This document shows positions 63,473 to 64,000 of a stretch of 64,000 bases of DNA, piece after piece. The stretch is from Zootoca vivipara. Taxonomy: Eukaryota. A model generated the notes under the pieces. It searched no databases, was not told the origin of the DNA, and saw only the letters and a list, made by a program, of their open reading frames with translations. Within the stretch, counting starts at the first letter, position 1. Each line of letters opens with the position of its first letter. The stretch spans positions 33,852,001 to 33,916,000 of the forward strand of contig NC_083290.1 in NCBI RefSeq assembly GCF_963506605.1. The letters are read 5' to 3'. The position numbers and the translations under genes were made by a program.

Positions 63473-63609
63473 CAATGTTTCCCAAACTCCGAATCTCTGC
63501 CTGGTTTTGGACTACAATTCCCATCATCCCTGACAACTGGTCCTGCTAGCTAGGGATGATGGGAGTTGCAGTCCAAAAACAGCTGGAGTCCCAAGTTTGG
63601 GAAACATTG
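63473..63609. mobile_element. hAT MITE
   Basis: TIR CAATGTTTCCCAAACT...AGTTTGGGAAACATTG; perfect TSD CTGTAGAC. Confidence 0.9.
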
Positions 63610-64000
63610 CTGTAGACGCCTTGAAGTCTGTCTGTTACATGCTGCTTCAAAGATGGAGAACCTGTGGCTCTCCAGATGTTAATGAGCCATAACGCCTGTC
63701 TTCCTTGACTGTTGGCTGCACTGCCTGGGGTTCATGGAAGCTGGAGTTCAACAACATTTGATAGGTTCGCCATCCTTGTGTCAGGCTGCTGCCAACAACT
63801 CCCACGGCCAGTTGCCCAGGAACGTACAAAGACAAGGAATGTTTCTTACCGTCCGCTTTCCCCACAGTATTTACAGAGAGGTTTTAGAACCCAGCCTCTT
63901 GGATAATGGCATTGTCCCGAGTGAATCTCCACTCCCCCGTCTCTCCCACTTCCTCATTCATCCTCCTCCTCACCTCCTCTACGGGTGCCCTCTGCCTTTG

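Overview
Eukaryotic genomic DNA from a squamate reptile, very likely a lacertid lizard, judging from the Sauria/POM-type SINEs, Squam3-type SINE and L2/CR1/L1 fragments. About 1-34.4 kb is intergenic and transposon-rich. A CpG island at ~34.4-35.7 kb holds the first coding exon of a + strand gene: 73 nt encoding a signal peptide (MRRRLPLWLRSFLCFLPALVGPAA|G) with a phase-1 GT donor. The rest of the window appears to be that gene's large first intron, and the gene could not be named. The window is full of non-autonomous DNA transposons with readable target-site duplications: hAT-like (8-bp TSD), Tc1/mariner-pogo-like (TA TSD) and one Helitron, often nested several layers deep. The most notable observation is a 1.56-kb mariner/pogo-type element (6220-7776) carrying captured GC-rich gene fragments. 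These include a TATA-like box, 5'UTR, signal peptide and triplicated N-terminal prodomain of a BMP8-like gene, plus a second first-exon/donor fragment. Several unrelated MITE families are also packed with YY1/ETS/NRF1-type CpG-island promoter motifs. No intact transposase, rRNA, functional tRNA or CRISPR array was seen. There is an assembly gap at 53072-53228. Family names come from recalled hallmarks, not database searches.
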